NCBI GenBank assembly: GCA_031835245.2
Contig: JAVKOQ020000017.1
Span: 62,001 to 126,000 of the forward strand
Source of the DNA: Balamuthia mandrillaris
Taxonomy: Eukaryota
DNA: 64,000 nt
Direction: 5' to 3'
The number at the start of each line of letters is the position of its first letter. Within the stretch, counting starts at the first letter, position 1. Made by a program: the position numbers and the translations under genes. The notes below the pieces were generated by a model that made no database searches, was not told the origin of the DNA, and was given only the letters and a program-made list of their open reading frames with translations. This document shows positions 60,770 through 64,000 of this stretch, piece by piece.

Positions 60770-63386
60770 TCAGTTGTTGTGAAGTGAAGAAGAGAAGATG
60801 GAAAGAAGCTGGTTGGCGTCGAGTCCCCAAACATCATTCACCAGTTGTTGTGAGTAAGAGTCAGCTTTTCTCTCCTGCATTCGCATTCGTGTGGCTCGAT
60901 CTTGTTTTCGTGTATCTTCTTTCATCTTTTCTTCTTCATCTTCTTCACTGCTCTCTTCGTCCTCGTCCTCTTCTTCGCTACTTTCTGTATCTTTTTCTTC
61001 TTCTTTCTCTTCCATTTCCATCTGTTTTTCGTTGTCTTCGTCTTCTTCCTCTGAACTACTACTGCTACTATCGTCTTCGTCACCTTCTTGCTTTTTTAAT
61101 TCTTGCTTTTCCATTTGCGAGGCGGAAGAAGAGGTTCGTTGTGGCTTCACCAAGTCCTTCAACTTGCCCAAAGCTTCCTCATAGCGCTCGACGTAACCAG
61201 CGAGATCCTTTTCCTCGTCGATGTTGACCTGTCCGATGGTTCCGTCTTTGCTGTTGCTTCTCTCTGCTTTGCTCAGCATTTGTCTAAAGTGGAAGATCTC
61301 CTCTCTGCGAAGGAGAGTGAAAGTTCTGCCCGTCCTTCCAGCACGAGCTGTTCTGCCGACGCGATGAACGTACGTCTTTATGTAAGGAGCTGAGTCGTAG
61401 TTGACCACGTTCTCCACCTCTTCAAAATCTAACCCTCTTGCCATCGCGTCGGATGCTATTACTCTGTTGATTAGTAGAGAAATATTAATGTTATGAAAGA
61501 AAATGTAATCATACAAAAGGAATAAGAACAAAGATTGAAAGAATGAAGAGGTACATTCTAATTTCTCCAGCTCTAAACTTGGAGACAATACGAGAGCGTT
61601 GAGCTTGCGTTTGCGTGCCAGAATATTCAGCAATATTCTTTTGCCCCATTAGAGATAGCAACAAATAAAGTCTGTTTTTTTTTTTTTTGTGTCAAATACA
61701 TGGGCTATGAATAGGGAGGATGCTGATAGGAGTGATACCGATGTGTGGCCTCCACTGAAGCAGTAAAACAAAGCGTTCGCTTAAAGTCAAAAAGGTGCAT
61801 CAGGTGAAGCAATATCAGCGGTTTATACTTAAGACTACAAACTACCATGTATTCCTAAGGAAGTAGGGATAAATAGAAGAAACAAAGAAGATAAATAAAG
61901 TGAACAAAACAAGATAAATGATGGTAGGGAGCATAACAAAAACAAACCTCCAACGTATCCGGCATCTTATAGAGAGCATGGGCTGCTGCAGTGAAGAACT
62001 GCGGATTTTGCAGCTGAAGACTGGCAATCTTTTTTGGGTTATGCGTCAATGTCGCAGAAAACAACAGCTTATGCAAATGTTGTTGCTGTTGTTGCTGTAG
62101 TGATGTATCTACTTTCTTCCTTTCGTTTCCTGTTGTTGTTTGTCCAGGCTGTGCTGCTAACAAAACTTTAGGCAGCCAGTTCTGAAAGGATTGCATGAGC
62201 AAACGATCTGCCTCGTCGATGACGAGAAAGCGCAAGTGGCTCAATGTGAAGCCTTCTGTTTGTGCCAACAAGTCTATCAATCTTCCGGGAGTGCATACCA
62301 GAATGTCCACTAATCCTTCCCATTGTTGCTCACTTGGTTCTCTTGGTTGACAGTCTTTTTCGTTTGGTGATTGTTGTTGATTTGGCCAATCGTATTGATA
62401 GAGGGTTAGAGGAGCGCCTTTGGAGGATGTGGAGGAAGGCGGCCACCGACGAACGAGTTTGGCTTGGTCTTGTTTAAAGGGGCTTTGGCCAACAACAACT
62501 TCAACCTGTTTTAGATAGTTCGTGAGCAAAACAAACCACAAAAAAAGAAAAACGAAAGCAACTATCCAAGATAAAGAGAAGTGAAGGAGGACCTTTAGTG
62601 AAGTGTTGGTGCAAAGCAAGTCAAAGACGGACTTCACTTGAAGGGCCAAGTCTCGGTTGGGCACTATCACCAACGCTCGAAGCAACCGGATCACTCTGTT
62701 CAACAATGCCTATTGTTTGTTTGTTAAGTTATCTTAGAGAAGCCATGAAGGCTGAAGAAACATACGTTAACGATCGGAACAGCGTAGGCTAAGGTCTTTC
62801 CACTGCCAGTAGGAGCACAAACACAAATGTCACCCGCAACCACTCCTTTCCTTCTCTCCTTCTCCTTTCGCTTCTCTTCATTCTCGTCTTCTTCTTTCGT
62901 TTTCTTTTTCGTGTTCTTCACTTTCTTCTTTCTTGTCTCTTTCTTCTTTTCTTTTGTTGCTTCTTCCTCCTCTTCGATGAGGGCAAACTCGCCGCTGCCC
63001 CCGCAAGCGACGCTTCTCATGACGGCCGGGATGACCTCCGACTGGACCGGGAAGAAGCGCTCAATGCCAAAGCGGTGGGCAAGGTTCTGGGCCAGAACGG
63101 GGGATAACCCCGGCATGGCGCCCACTGGAGTGCGTTTGTTGTTGTCGATGATCCGTTCGCTACGTTTTTTGCGGAGCAGTGAGGTCGGAGTGGTGGCTGC
63201 GGACGCGGCTTTGATTTTTTTACGGGTCTGATGAACACTGAGGTTCTTGACATCTTCCTCGTTGCTGGTGGTGGTAGTTGTTGTTATGGCCTCGGACGTG
63301 TTGGCTGAAGAAGAAGAAGAGGAGGAGGAGGAAGGTTCTTTGGCCGGCAAAGGGCCTTCCTCTCCAGCCCGTAGCTTGCGCTTCAT
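60770..63386 (-). CDS. DDX51: DEAD-box RNA helicase DDX51/Dbp6; multi-exon
   Basis: FFPVQSEVIP, DICVCAPTGSGKTLAYAVPIV, ALVIVPNRDLALQV, TPGRL, DEADRLL, LFSATLT, SDAMARGLD, YVHRVGRTARAGR. Confidence 0.92.
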
Positions 63387-64000
63387 CTGCTACCCTTTTT
63401 TTTCCTCCTTGAGTACACAAGCTAATAGCCCTAATATGTTTTCCTCAATTATCTGTCGACAATTTATTCCACGAAAAAATTGGAAAATCTCCCAACCGAA
63501 ATCAACGACTCCTCAAACATAATAGGTGTTATCCTGTTTTTGGTGATTTTGTTTTCCAGTAAACTTCCTTGTTTGGTTTTGGCGGTAAAAACGGACGGAG
63601 AATTGTTTGCGAAAAAAAAAAAGCAAACAACAGAAAAAAAAACGTAGTAGCAAGGAAGAGAGAAAGAGAGAGTCGGGTGAAAAGGGACAACACCACACAA
63701 TAGCCAGGAGCTGTTGTTGCGGTTGTTTAGTATTTATTTATTTTTTTTTTGGGGGGGTCGTTCAATCTCTCCCCCTCCCGTCTATCTCTGATTTTTATTT
63801 ATTTATTTATTTATTTATTTTTATTTGACGACTTTCCAAAGAAACATCTTTTTTCCACGAATATTCCGAACGGTTGGTCGCTACACAGCGCAAGGCTTCA
63901 CATTACGCTCTTTGATTTTCCTCATCTGAATCTTCATCTACATCGCACTTCCTCTTCTGTTTATTTTCACTTTTTGATTTATCATTTTGGCCTCGACGAA

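Overview
Gene-dense, intron-rich eukaryotic DNA. It is most consistent with an amoebozoan (Balamuthia/Acanthamoeba-like); this is inferred from a CudA-like gene, an integrin-beta-like surface-protein tail and short GT-AG introns filled with sense-strand (CT)n tracts. About 26 protein genes are recognisable, including TOR kinase, a syntaxin, a CoA-type mitochondrial carrier, a C2/F-box/beta-helix protein, OGFOD2, METTL23, PCMT1, PGAP1, METTL25-like, a kexin-like protease, UROD and DDX51, plus two near-identical tRNA-Asp(GTC) genes. The strongest signal is missing from the ORF track. It is a ~1.4 kb stretch with no CpG at all (41276-42699) that holds a DNA-transposon relic: degenerate terminal inverted repeats around a decayed DDE_Tnp_4-type transposase whose lesions are mostly C>T/G>A, suggesting methylation-linked or RIP-like defence against repeats. 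Other highlights: a large surface protein (bacterial-like head, ~31 Cys-rich 84-bp repeats, NxxY/NPxF tail), a TOR with unusual catalytic-loop and FATC residues, a giant-virus-type F-box/ankyrin gene beside a tRNA gene, an intronless nucleotidyltransferase, a permuted papain-like enzyme, and recurrent promoter motifs. Exon structures were traced by eye and no database searches were run, so boundaries and family calls are approximate.
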